Positions 9,394 to 18,691 are shown, counted from the stretch's first letter. The stretch: DNA of 64,000 bases from Candidatus Hadarchaeum sp. (GCF_038871235.1 NZ_JAVZIN010000006.1:32001-96000), one strand, 5' to 3'. The notes: generated by a model not told the origin, from the letters alone. Program-made: numbers and translations.

Positions 9394-10399
9394 TTACCTT
9401 CAGTGAATCCTTAGCTTCGGCGACGAGCTTGAAGCCCAGTCCTGTTTGCTCCAGCGGCAGCCGATGAGTTATCATGTCCACAACGTTCAGCCTCTTCTTG
9501 GAGAGCAGGCCGAGCGCTTCTTCAAGATCTCTCGGTGCGCCGCCGTAAGAGGTCATGATGGTTACCTCGTTGCGCCAGAATTCAGCCAGAGGCATCGTGA
9601 TCTCAACGCTCGGCTCGGGGACGGCGAAGAAGAGGATGGTTCCACCCCTATCCACGCACTTCAAAGCCTGCCTGCTGGCCGCGGTTGCCCCGGTGCACAC
9701 GATCACTTTATCGGCCAGCCTCCCACCGTTGAGCTGGCGTAGCCTTTCAATCACATCGGAGTTGGCATTTATCGTGGCATCAGCGCCGAATTTCTTAGCC
9801 GCCCTCAGCCGGTAATCGCTGATGTCGGTGGTGAATATCCTCGCTGCCCCCTTCAGACGGGCCAGCTGCAGATGAAGCAGACCGGAGAGACCGCTACCCA
9901 AGATGAGGACAGTATCTCCATCACCGATTCCAGCCAGCCTCTGTGCCCGCACCACGCAGGCCACGGGCTCTATAAAGGTGCCCTCTTCAAAAGACATTCC
10001 TTGTGGTAGGGGGTAGATCCCTTTCTCCACGTTCAGCTTAGGGACTCGGATGAATTCAGCGAAGCCTCCCGGATCATAGTTGGTGGTGTGCAGAGTTTCG
10101 CAAGCGGTCTCGTGACCGCGGCTGCAGTAGTGGCAGGTTCCACAGGGGACATGATGGGAGATGAAGACCCTCTCCCCCATCTTGTATCGGCTGACGCCCT
10201 CTCCCACTTCAACTATTTCTCCAGTGGCTTCATGACCAAGCACCCGTGGGGCGGTTCTGATGCGATACCATTCAAGGACATCGCTGCCGCAGATCCCTGA
10301 AGCCATTACCTTCACCAGGATTTCACCGGGGCCGATTTCGGGCTTCGGCATCTCCTCAATCCTTATGTCGTTATTGCTGTAGTATCTTGCCACGCGCAT
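9374..10399 (-). CDS. Zinc-dependent (MDR) alcohol/polyol dehydrogenase
   Basis: GICGSD, GHE, CGTCHYC...C structural Zn, GSGLSG; start moved to MRVARYY (ATG 10399). Confidence 0.9.
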   Translation of the reverse strand: MRVARYYSNNDIRIEEMPKPEIGPGEILVKVMASGICGSDVLEWYRIRTAPRVLGHEATGEIVEVGEGVSRYKMGERVFISHHVPCGTCHYCSRGHETACETLHTTNYDPGGFAEFIRVPKLNVEKGIYPLPQGMSFEEGTFIEPVACVVRAQRLAGIGDGDTVLILGSGLSGLLHLQLARLKGAARIFTTDISDYRLRAAKKFGADATINANSDVIERLRQLNGGRLADKVIVCTGATAASRQALKCVDRGGTILFFAVPEPSVEITMPLAEFWRNEVTIMTSYGGAPRDLEEALGLLSKKRLNVVDMITHRLPLEQTGLGFKLVAEAKDSLKVIIEPQR

Positions 10400-10448
10400 G
10401 TGCTTCCCAAACAAACTATTGGATGTTAAGAAATACCTTTGCCGCACC

Positions 10449-11345
10449 CTAAGGCTCAAAGATTGGACCCAAAAATCTCCTGAAAAGCAAAGACTGTTTT
10501 TCCCTTTCCTCTCTTTTCAGCTTATACCCGTAGAGCAGCCCGGCGACGAGACCGACCAGATGGGCCACGTTGGCGACGGAACCGCCGACCTCAAAAACGA
10601 CCAGAAGAATGGATAGGATTCCAAAGCCCAGCGTGGCCATCCAGAGCCTCAGCGGTATGATGAAAAAGAGCAGAACGGGCAAACGGGGGGCGAGCACGGT
10701 GAGCGCTCCCAGAACACCAAGGATGGCCCCACTGGCTCCCAGCAGGATGGCCTCGGGAGCCGTGAAGAGCAATTGTCCTGTGGCGGCCAGTATCCCTGAA
10801 CAGAAAAATAAACCGAGGAACCTTTTGCCGCCTATTCTGATCTCCAAAACCGGACCAAACGAGAGCAGAACCAGACAATTGAACAGAAGATGCAGGAAGC
10901 CACCGTGAATGAAGATGGAAGTGATCAGCGTCCAGGGCCTTGAAACCACCGTGGCACCGGATGCGGCCAGATAATAGAGAAAGGTGCCGTGATCTCCGGG
11001 ACGATAGTAGCCCGAGTTCAGAATAAACTGGGCCACGAGCTGAATTACGAAAACGGAGATGATTAATATCAGCAGGGTCAAGCTGGCGGCGGGATATGGA
11101 AGGCGTGGTCTCCTCCGCTTTTCAGGTGGCTTCAAAGTGTAGAAATCGTAGCGGAACTGAAATTGTGGCTGTTCCTGCCCTTTATCGGCTACAGGTTGTG
11201 TCGGGGTTTCAATCTTTTCTGTTTCCCTCTTTCCCTGGCAATCATGGTTTTCCGGGAGCCTGTGGTCGGTGCAGTAGTTTCCCCCGCAGTAGCTGCATCT
11301 GAAGGGCAGGGCCACTTCCCTTCCGCATTTGTCGCAGACGGCCAT
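10449..11345 (-). CDS. Rhomboid intramembrane serine protease with N-terminal AN1-type zinc finger
   Basis: CDKC...CSYC...CTDHRLPENHDC, HLLFN, GASG, AHLVG. Confidence 0.9.
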   Translation of the reverse strand: MAVCDKCGREVALPFRCSYCGGNYCTDHRLPENHDCQGKRETEKIETPTQPVADKGQEQPQFQFRYDFYTLKPPEKRRRPRLPYPAASLTLLILIISVFVIQLVAQFILNSGYYRPGDHGTFLYYLAASGATVVSRPWTLITSIFIHGGFLHLLFNCLVLLSFGPVLEIRIGGKRFLGLFFCSGILAATGQLLFTAPEAILLGASGAILGVLGALTVLAPRLPVLLFFIIPLRLWMATLGFGILSILLVVFEVGGSVANVAHLVGLVAGLLYGYKLKREEREKQSLLFRRFLGPIFEP

Positions 11346-11457
11346 TTTTCCACCTATCGCTCAAAGAGCCGAGTGTCCGAGGCAATTTATCCTTTTCTGC
11401 TCCGCGACTTGGGAAGAATTTATTTTCTGAAAGAACTTTAATTGCAGGGGTAGGGAG

Positions 11458-12339
11458 ATGGACGAGGCGGGCCTGATTTCCAAGGGCATAAGGGTCACCA
11501 AGATATCCATTCTTACTTTAGTTACCTTGGGATGTCTCATGATCATAGCCGGGTTTCTCTCCGGCAGCGTGGCCTTGAAGGGCAGCGGTGTGGACACCCT
11601 CGGTGATGCGTTAGGTTCCGTGATCGTGTTGATCGGGTTACGAATACTGAGCAGGCCACCCGACGAGAGGTTTCAATATGGATATTATAAGGTTGAGACT
11701 TTAGTTTCGATGATCGGAGCCATAATTTTATCCTTGATCGGGGTCTGGATTTTTTACGTTTCCGTCTTGGCCTTCTTCTCCCCGAAGGAGCTGGGATATC
11801 CCGCGGTGACGCTGGTTTTATCTGCCGTTTCCTCCGCGTCCTTCTTCCTGCTGGCGATTTACAAGGCAAGGACAGCTAGGGAGATCAACTCGCTGTCGCT
11901 GAAAACCGATGCGCTGGCCTCGGTGACCTCCGGGATGGCAGCCTCGATCGTCTTCGTCAGCTTGGCTCTTTCCTACCTAGGCATATATCACGCGGACGCG
12001 GTTGCGGGGATGATCATGGCTGCGTTGACCATGGTCCTGTCCTACACCGCGATCAAGGAATCTTCCCTGACGCTGTTGGACGTCTGTACCTGCACTGATG
12101 TTAGGGGTAGCATAAAGGAGATCGCCGCAAAAGTGTCCGGTGTTAAGGACGTTCGCGAGGTTTTGCTGCGGAAGTCAGGACCATTCATTATGGGTGAGAT
12201 GTATCTCCGGGTGGATGGAAGGCTTTCAGTCGAGAGGGCGCATGAGATAGTTGAAGAGGTTGAAAAATCGGTGAGGAGACACGTACCAGCCTTGAAAAGG
12301 CTGACGATAAGAGTTGAGCCCGCTAAGAGGAGACGTTGA
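11458..12339 (+). CDS. Cation diffusion facilitator family transporter
   Basis: RPPDERFQYGYYKVE, about six TM helices, C-terminal dimerisation domain (RKSGP...AHEI...RVEP). Confidence 0.88.
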   Translation: MDEAGLISKGIRVTKISILTLVTLGCLMIIAGFLSGSVALKGSGVDTLGDALGSVIVLIGLRILSRPPDERFQYGYYKVETLVSMIGAIILSLIGVWIFYVSVLAFFSPKELGYPAVTLVLSAVSSASFFLLAIYKARTAREINSLSLKTDALASVTSGMAASIVFVSLALSYLGIYHADAVAGMIMAALTMVLSYTAIKESSLTLLDVCTCTDVRGSIKEIAAKVSGVKDVREVLLRKSGPFIMGEMYLRVDGRLSVERAHEIVEEVEKSVRRHVPALKRLTIRVEPAKRRR

Positions 12340-12409
12340 CCAAGTTTTCGAGTTAATCGATTTTTTCCAGTTCAACATAGCGCAGCCAGAATCCTCCGCA
12401 CATATGGTA

Positions 12410-13213
12410 CTAAGTCTCGCTACTGCTCTTGACCGTGTTGAAAATTTCTTGGGCCTCTTTAGGTGTGGCGTTCTCATGGATGATTGCCCTTATCGCTCTG
12501 GCCATGGCAACGGGGTAATCGTGTTGCCAGATGTTCCTCCCTAGGTTGACACCCACGGCACCCTTCTGCAGCGCGTCGTAAACCCAGCTGAAGACCTCGA
12601 ACTCGGAATCTACCTTGGGTCCGCCGGCGATGACGATTGGTACCGGACAGCCCTTCACGACCTTTTCAAAGCCCTCCTCACAGTAGTAGGTTTTGACCAC
12701 GCGTGCGCCAAGCTCGGCGGCGATCCTGCAGGCCAGAGCAAGGTATCTGGCGTCGCGCTTGCCCAGCTCGGTGCCCACGGCGGTGACTGCCATCGTCGGT
12801 ATCCCGTAATCCTCGCACTCGTTAACGAGATTAGCCAGGTTAAGCAAGGACTGGTGCTCGTGCTCGCTGCCCACGAAGATCGACATGGAGACGGCGCAGG
12901 CGTTGAGCCGTATCGCCTCTCTTACCGAGGTCGTGATGCCTTCTTGATCCAGTTCTTCCTTCCGGGCCATACTGGTGCCACCTGAGACCCTCAAAATGAT
13001 CGGTTTCTGGATGGCGGGGTCGACGCAAGACCTCAGTATCCCACGGGTGAGCATGATGGCATCCACATAGGGCAGAAGCGGTGAAATGGTTTTGCCCGGT
13101 TCCTCGAGCCGGGTGGTCGGGCCTTGGAAGTAGCCGTGGTCGATGGGCAGAAACATGGCCCTGCCGTCGCGCTGGATGAGCTGGGAGAGCCTGTTTTTCA
13201 TTCCCCAATCCAC
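12410..13213 (-). CDS. lsrF: LsrF-like class I aldolase/thiolase
   Basis: MDWGMKNRL, DHGYFQGPT, KTYY (Schiff-base Lys), IAGG, GRNIWQ. Confidence 0.82.
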   Translation of the reverse strand: MDWGMKNRLSQLIQRDGRAMFLPIDHGYFQGPTTRLEEPGKTISPLLPYVDAIMLTRGILRSCVDPAIQKPIILRVSGGTSMARKEELDQEGITTSVREAIRLNACAVSMSIFVGSEHEHQSLLNLANLVNECEDYGIPTMAVTAVGTELGKRDARYLALACRIAAELGARVVKTYYCEEGFEKVVKGCPVPIVIAGGPKVDSEFEVFSWVYDALQKGAVGVNLGRNIWQHDYPVAMARAIRAIIHENATPKEAQEIFNTVKSSSET

Positions 13214-13330
13214 AAAATCACCGCCTTTATTTTCCGCCCGTTATTAAATAACCTTTTCCAAATGTCCCATTATTCGGATGGCGGAATGGGTTTATATAAA
13301 CGGATTGATTTTATCTAATGAGGTTTGTGC

Positions 13331-13429
13331 ATGAGCGACAGGATTAAAAGAATTCTTTCCCTGATAATCATCCTGCTCTTCCTGCTCTCGTCGGCGATAG
13401 CGGTGATCATCAGCCTGCTCAGCAAGTAG
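13331..13429 (+). CDS. 32-aa single-pass membrane peptide (not in the ORF track)
   Basis: MSDRIKRILSLIIILLFLLSSAIAVIISLLSK*; GAGGT RBS just upstream and TTTATATAAA at 13291-13300. Confidence 0.55.
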   Translation: MSDRIKRILSLIIILLFLLSSAIAVIISLLSK

Positions 13430-13464
13430 AAACTTAATTAAGCCGCAGTTAAATTTCATATGAT

Positions 13465-13561
13465 GCGGCCGTGGTCCAGCCTGGTCTAAGCTTTTTAGCT
13501 GCCAAGAGGACTCAGGCCCTCCAAGCCTGTAGCCCGGGTTCAAATCCCGGCGGCCGCACCA
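13465..13561 (+). tRNA. tRNA-Gly(UCC) with a 19-nt D-loop intron (13488-13506) and encoded CCA
   Basis: Acceptor GCGGCCG/CGGCCGC-A-CCA, D stem GTCC/GGAC, anticodon stem CAGGC/GCCTG with loop CCTCCAA, T arm CCGGG-TTCAAAT-CCCGG. Confidence 0.93.
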
Positions 13562-13585
13562 ACCCTTTTTCAGAAAAAGCGTTGG
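13559..13585 (+). terminator. Hairpin and T-tract overlapping the tRNA 3' end
   Basis: CCAAC-c-CTTTTT-cag-AAAAAG-c-GTTGG inverted repeat. Confidence 0.45.
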
Positions 13586-13721
13586 CGGAAAGAACTATTG
13601 TCGATTTGATTTCCCTTCAAGCTGGAGGATGGAAAATATAATCCGATTTGTGAATTTGATTAAAAATAAGGGATTAACTAAACGAAGCATAACTTAAAAT
13701 TTTCTGCCATGCTTGTAAGGT

Positions 13722-13946
13722 TTATGAAATAATTTCGAAACCTTTCTCCTTTAGCTTGCTAATGACTTCGTTTAGATCTTTTCCCTGCCTTTTACAGCCT
13801 TGAGGTATCGTGGTTGCGCGACCAAGCGTTTTTCTAACGATTGGGTTTTTCACACCCAGAAATCCCAATTCATTTAAGATATCTATGAGTTCGGGGTATT
13901 CCTCTGTAAGCTCGTAAACGCTCTTGTTCAAATCAATTTTTTTCAT
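13722..13946 (-). CDS. DUF1858-domain small protein
   Basis: IDLNKSVYELTEEYPELIDILNELGF pattern; usual partner of DUF438 proteins. Confidence 0.75.
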   Translation of the reverse strand: MKKIDLNKSVYELTEEYPELIDILNELGFLGVKNPIVRKTLGRATTIPQGCKRQGKDLNEVISKLKEKGFEIIS

Positions 13947-15156
13947 CCATTAACCTTCTTTCCCCTTCTAATTTTTTGATTTCGGTTATATCCTGAACAA
14001 CTTCCATTGTGCCCAAATAATTCCGGCTTTCATCCCTAACCGCAAAATATCTTATGTGGACAAATCTGCCTTTATAATTTATCCAGAATTCTGCGACGTT
14101 ACGGCTTCCCTCCTTAAATGAGTTTAGGATGGCCTCAACTTTGTCTACACTTTGCGGCGGGTGGCACTGTTGCACTTTTCTCCCTAACACTGATTTCGTT
14201 CTGATGAAAATTTTAGACCCAGTGTTATTGAAGTATCTAACTTTATCATCCTTGTCTACAAAAGTCACGTCCACAGGCAAGGTATTCAACAGGCACATCA
14301 ATTCTTTTAAAGTTAAATCACCGGTAGGAAAAGAAATAGTCCCCTTGTCCTTAACGAAGGGCTCCTCAACCAAGGCACTTTTCAATTCCTCTATTAAGGC
14401 AGAGGTCTCTTTGGGCTTTTCGATGTAAACATATCCCACCCCTTCGCTTTCCTTCAGTATCTCCACCCACTCCTCAGGCCTGAGCATTTCCACCGAAGAG
14501 GGGAAGAGTATGTTTTCCTCCTTAAAGATCATTCCCTCAACTTCACTGATCAAAGGGTTTAGAAATTTATCCACGTAATCCTCGCGCAGGCGCTCTTCCG
14601 TCGTTTCTATGCTAACGATCGCGTTTTTGAGCATATCTCTGATCTCGTTGTCCTTGCCCCACATCACCTTTGAGGGCCCGTAGAACCCATGGCGTTCAAG
14701 GTAAGGGAAAAGAACCTGTTCTTTTCTCTGGTAGTGCACATCCAAACCTTTAAGATCAGAAAGTTTTTCCCTGATTTTTTCCTTCCAATCCGAAAAGTTG
14801 TATTTTTGTCTATTTTTTATATACTCCTTTATCTCGGCGATGATCTTCTCCACCTCCCTGTTTTCCAATTTAAAGAGGTAAACCGGATGCGCTGGAGATT
14901 CCTCTTTAATCACCGCTTTCTTCAATGCCGACTCAAACAGCAAGGCATGGACGTTGCAGAATTTCTTTATTTCCTCCGGGGTTAATCCGTCATTTATCAG
15001 CGATTGCTCGATCTCTGCAATTTCCATAGAAGTTATACTTCCTATTTCTTTCTCAAACTTTTCCTTCGCTTCCTCCACAGATAGACCTCTGTGAAGATCT
15101 AGAATTATTTTTTTGATTATTTCCTTTTTCGCACTTTTTGACAAATTTTCGGTCAT
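13933..15156 (-). CDS. DUF438 / hemerythrin-like / PAS-domain protein
   Basis: EIAEIEQ...FCNVHA, HPV, HYQRKEQVLFP, MIFKEENILFP, C-terminal PAS (DVTFVD...QCHPP). Confidence 0.85.
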   Translation of the reverse strand: MTENLSKSAKKEIIKKIILDLHRGLSVEEAKEKFEKEIGSITSMEIAEIEQSLINDGLTPEEIKKFCNVHALLFESALKKAVIKEESPAHPVYLFKLENREVEKIIAEIKEYIKNRQKYNFSDWKEKIREKLSDLKGLDVHYQRKEQVLFPYLERHGFYGPSKVMWGKDNEIRDMLKNAIVSIETTEERLREDYVDKFLNPLISEVEGMIFKEENILFPSSVEMLRPEEWVEILKESEGVGYVYIEKPKETSALIEELKSALVEEPFVKDKGTISFPTGDLTLKELMCLLNTLPVDVTFVDKDDKVRYFNNTGSKIFIRTKSVLGRKVQQCHPPQSVDKVEAILNSFKEGSRNVAEFWINYKGRFVHIRYFAVRDESRNYLGTMEVVQDITEIKKLEGERRLMDEKN

Positions 15157-15549
15157 GTTTTTACCTAATTTATCTTTTTGCAGAGCTTATTAAGACCACT
15201 CTCACCTTTTTGTCGGATCTCTTAGATTGCGCACACGTGTGCATTATTGGGTGAGCCAAATCGTCGTGCTCGTACCATTTCAGCTCTGGGTTTTTGAAGT
15301 GTCAACAATTTTCTGATCGTGCAAGAACTCTTTTTGTCGAGGTAAACCAAACTACCAACTGGCACCAATTCTCCGAAGCTCCGCACGGATGTTTTTGAGC
15401 TACGTGTAGCTGGCATGCAAGAATAACTTCAATACCTCGCACAAGCCAAAAATATTCGGAAGTGGCAAAAGCATGCCCTAATGGCCGTTGGTCTGGAAAA
15501 TGATAAAGGGGATATTTTTTAACTCTGGTAGCCAAGTTAACTTGATTTT

Positions 15550-17112
15550 ATGAAAAGCTACGTCCCGGATACCAGCGCTCTCATGGACGCCCATCTCACC
15601 CGCTTGGTGAAGAGTGGCGAGCTTCAGGGTTGTCGAATCTTGGTGCCGAAAGTGGTAGTCGCACAGCTCGAACATGAGGCTAAGTTGGGGAAGGATTCTG
15701 GATTCAGTGGGCTCGCGGAACTAAGAAGGCTCAAGCAGTTTTCTGAGGAGGGCAAGATTGAACTGGAGCTGGTCGGTGACCGGCCAACAGCTGAGGTAAT
15801 CGCCGCAACCGTTGGTGCCGGCGTTCGGGAGGTGGCCCGCGCTCAAGGAGCCGTGTTGATAACCAGCGACGAGGTTATGGCAGAGGTTGGACAGATTGAG
15901 GGCCTCGAAGTCTGGCTTATGCGCCCTGTGCTTGCTGAAAGGATGCCAAGGTTGCTAGGATATTTTCGGCCAGGCGTGATGTCAGTTCACCTCAAGGAAA
16001 AGGTGCGTCCAATGGCCAAGGTAGGTCGTCCGGATAATCTGAGGCTGGAGGTGCTGGATGAGAAACCACTGACTGAAACCCAACTCCGGGAGATGATCCA
16101 TGAGATCATCGAGCGAGCCCGACAGGATCCAGAGGGCAGGGTTGAGATCGAGCGCTCTGGTGCCACGGTGGTGCAGTTCCACGAGTATCGCATAGCCATT
16201 GCCAGACCTCCGTTCAGTGATGGTCTGGAGATCACCGCCGTCAGGCCCATCGTCAAGGTAACTCTGGATGACTATCACCTTTCCGAGAAACTTAAGGAGC
16301 GATTGCGGAAGCGAGCTGAGGGGGTGTTGATCGCTGGACCGCCAGGGGCCGGTAAGACCACCTTTGCTCAGGCGCTCGCCGAGTTCTACCGCTCACAGGG
16401 AAAGATAGTCAAGACGATGGAATCGCCGCGGGATCTGCAGGTTAGCGACGAGATTACTCAGTACACAGCGCTGGAGGATGATATGGCGAAGACCGCGGAC
16501 ATCCTACTTATGGTGAGACCAGATTACACCATCTACGATGAGTTGCGCAAGACCTCTGATTTCCAGATATTCGCCGACATGCGGCTAGCTGGGGTTGGGA
16601 TGGTGGGTGTGGTACATTCAACCAGAGCCATCGACGCGGTGCAAAGGTTGATCGGCCGGGTTGAGCTGGGAATGATCCCTATGATTGCCGACACGGTAAT
16701 TTTCATAAAGGAGGGTCAGATAAAGGAGGTCTATTCCCTGAGCACGAGGGTTGGTGTCCCCCACGGCATGGTTGAGGCTGACCTTGCCCGCCCCATGGTT
16801 GAGGTCACCGACTTTGAAACCGGCGAGCCGGTTTACCAGATCTACTCCTTCGGCGAGGAAGTGGTGGTGATGCCCGTGAGGGGTGAACTATCTCGAAATG
16901 AAAAAAGGAAAGCTGAGATGATAAGGTCCGAGATCAGGCGCTTGGTCGGCGGCGATGTGGAGGTGAAGATGATTTCGGCGGACAGTGCGTTGGTGGTTGC
17001 CGACGAGGATGACATCTCCAGGATTATCGGACGTGGCGGTCGTACCGTTGAGAGGCTGGAGCGCAAGCTCGGCGTTCGCATCGAGGTCCGGAGCCGGGAG
17101 TCGGAGGAATGA
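15550..17112 (+). CDS. PIN-domain ATPase with KH domain (PINA / PINc-VapC ATPase family)
   Basis: N-terminal VPDTS PIN, GPPGAGKTT, ESPRDL, C-terminal KH IIGRGG. Confidence 0.9.
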   Translation: MKSYVPDTSALMDAHLTRLVKSGELQGCRILVPKVVVAQLEHEAKLGKDSGFSGLAELRRLKQFSEEGKIELELVGDRPTAEVIAATVGAGVREVARAQGAVLITSDEVMAEVGQIEGLEVWLMRPVLAERMPRLLGYFRPGVMSVHLKEKVRPMAKVGRPDNLRLEVLDEKPLTETQLREMIHEIIERARQDPEGRVEIERSGATVVQFHEYRIAIARPPFSDGLEITAVRPIVKVTLDDYHLSEKLKERLRKRAEGVLIAGPPGAGKTTFAQALAEFYRSQGKIVKTMESPRDLQVSDEITQYTALEDDMAKTADILLMVRPDYTIYDELRKTSDFQIFADMRLAGVGMVGVVHSTRAIDAVQRLIGRVELGMIPMIADTVIFIKEGQIKEVYSLSTRVGVPHGMVEADLARPMVEVTDFETGEPVYQIYSFGEEVVVMPVRGELSRNEKRKAEMIRSEIRRLVGGDVEVKMISADSALVVADEDDISRIIGRGGRTVERLERKLGVRIEVRSRESEE

Positions 17113-17205
17113 GAGCTGTAAAATTTACTCGGTTAAGCTGATTCTAGGGTTCAAATCCTCAATTTAACGCAAATCTTTTTAACAACGGTTGTTCAGTTAG
17201 AGACA

Positions 17206-18594
17206 ATGGCGAGCCTTCTCATCAAAGATGCCAAATATGTGGTGACGGTTGATTCCAAGCGCCGGGTTATTCGCGATGGAGCAGTAGTCATTGATGGAAT
17301 GAAAATAGTCGATGTTGGCAAGTCCTCGGAGCTCAAGCGCAAATACCCGCGAGCCGAGACAATTGATGCCAGAAACAAGATCATTATGCCAGGACTGTTT
17401 GACTGTCATGCCCATTCCTATCAGAACATGATTCGCGGCATGGCCTTTGTGCTGCCGAGGCGACAGCGTGGAGCTTTTCTTCTGGGACCAACGCTGCGTT
17501 TGCAGGGCGTTTACACTCCGGAGGATGCCAAAGCCTCGATGGCACTGAACTGTCTGGAGTACATCAAGTCCGGGGTCATCGGTTTCTGTGATTGGGGAAT
17601 AAACCTGAGGTACAAGATCGACGGTCTCGCCGAGGTAGTTCGTGATTCCGGGATAAGAGGTGTGCTGGGTAAATCAGTCATGGAATTTCCCGATTATGGT
17701 TCATGCAAAAACGTGATTGATAAGGGATTGATCGAGGATAAGGATGAGTGCATTAGGGACACGATAAGGGCGATAAAAAAGTGGCATGGTAAAGCCGATG
17801 GAAGAATTCAGATCTGGTTTGGACCTAGAAGCGTCGGTGCCCTATCAGTGGAAACATACAAGGAGATTGCCCTTTTGGTCAAAAAGTACAAGGTCGGCAT
17901 CACCTACCATCTCGCTGAACTGGGTGAGCTCGACACGGGTTTTATCTGGAACACCTATGGCATGTCGCCGGTGGAATTTATGAAATCGGTTGGCTGGGTC
18001 GGTCCAAACGTGAGCTTCAACCACTGCCTTTACCTAACCGGGATTGACTACAAGATCCTGATGGAAACGGGTACCAACGTCGTTCATTGTCCGGGAACCG
18101 GATTTGACACCCGGGTGCAGGACATGCTCCAGATGGGTATCAATGTGGCCCTCGGCTGCGATGGCGGACATGAGACCAACGACATCTTTTTGGCCATGAA
18201 GCTGGAAAAGGTGCTTCAGAACAGAACCCCGCGTCGGGATCTGACCATCCTATATCCGGAGAAGCTGATTGAGATGGCCACGATCAACGGTGCCAGAGCT
18301 CTGATGTGGGATAAGGAAACGGGATCTATCGAGAAGGGCAAAAAGGCCGACTTGATCTTGGTGGATCTCAACAGGCCGTCGCTGACGCCGATACTGAATC
18401 CCGTTAATGACATCCCCTCCCGCGTCCTCGGTAGCGACGTTGATACCGTCATCGTCAACGGTGAGATTCTGATGGAGAACCGAATCGTGAAGAGCATGGA
18501 TGAGGCCAAGGTTATCGAAGAGGCAAAGAAACGGGCTGAGGAAGTTAGAGAAAGAGCAGGATATGAAATCGAGTGGCACTGGCCCGAGATTTGA
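17206..18594 (+). CDS. Amidohydrolase (MtaD/SsnA/AtzA-like deaminase)
   Basis: DCHAH, HLAE, NHC, LGCDG, GKKADL. Confidence 0.88.
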   Translation: MASLLIKDAKYVVTVDSKRRVIRDGAVVIDGMKIVDVGKSSELKRKYPRAETIDARNKIIMPGLFDCHAHSYQNMIRGMAFVLPRRQRGAFLLGPTLRLQGVYTPEDAKASMALNCLEYIKSGVIGFCDWGINLRYKIDGLAEVVRDSGIRGVLGKSVMEFPDYGSCKNVIDKGLIEDKDECIRDTIRAIKKWHGKADGRIQIWFGPRSVGALSVETYKEIALLVKKYKVGITYHLAELGELDTGFIWNTYGMSPVEFMKSVGWVGPNVSFNHCLYLTGIDYKILMETGTNVVHCPGTGFDTRVQDMLQMGINVALGCDGGHETNDIFLAMKLEKVLQNRTPRRDLTILYPEKLIEMATINGARALMWDKETGSIEKGKKADLILVDLNRPSLTPILNPVNDIPSRVLGSDVDTVIVNGEILMENRIVKSMDEAKVIEEAKKRAEEVRERAGYEIEWHWPEI

Positions 18595-18691
18595 GTAAGA
18601 GCGATTGATATTTTTGGCAGACCAGCAGATTGGCTAAGTTGGTTGGTCCATAAATTATGGAATGTTTTAAAAGAGTTGGGCTCAAAGGGGT

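Noticed and set aside
13513-13529. Reading the tRNA as Trp(CCA) to keep U33
   Set aside because: The shift destroys the anticodon stem, and the tRNA body matches archaeal tRNA-Gly
15222-15544. Short ORFs and palindromes (GCACACGTGTGC, AGCTACGTGTAGCT, CAAGTTAACTTG) in the intergenic gap
   Set aside because: The ORFs resemble nothing I recognise; the palindromes are short, differ from each other and have no supporting context
15550-17112. PIN domain as a VapC toxin
   Set aside because: Fused to ATPase and KH domains as in the conserved archaeal PINA family; no antitoxin
17147-17158. GGGTTCAAATCC matching the tRNA T-arm, as a possible attR
   Set aside because: Only 12 nt, does not extend to the tRNA 3' end, no integrase, and the enclosed region contains a core PIN-ATPase gene; plausible by chance
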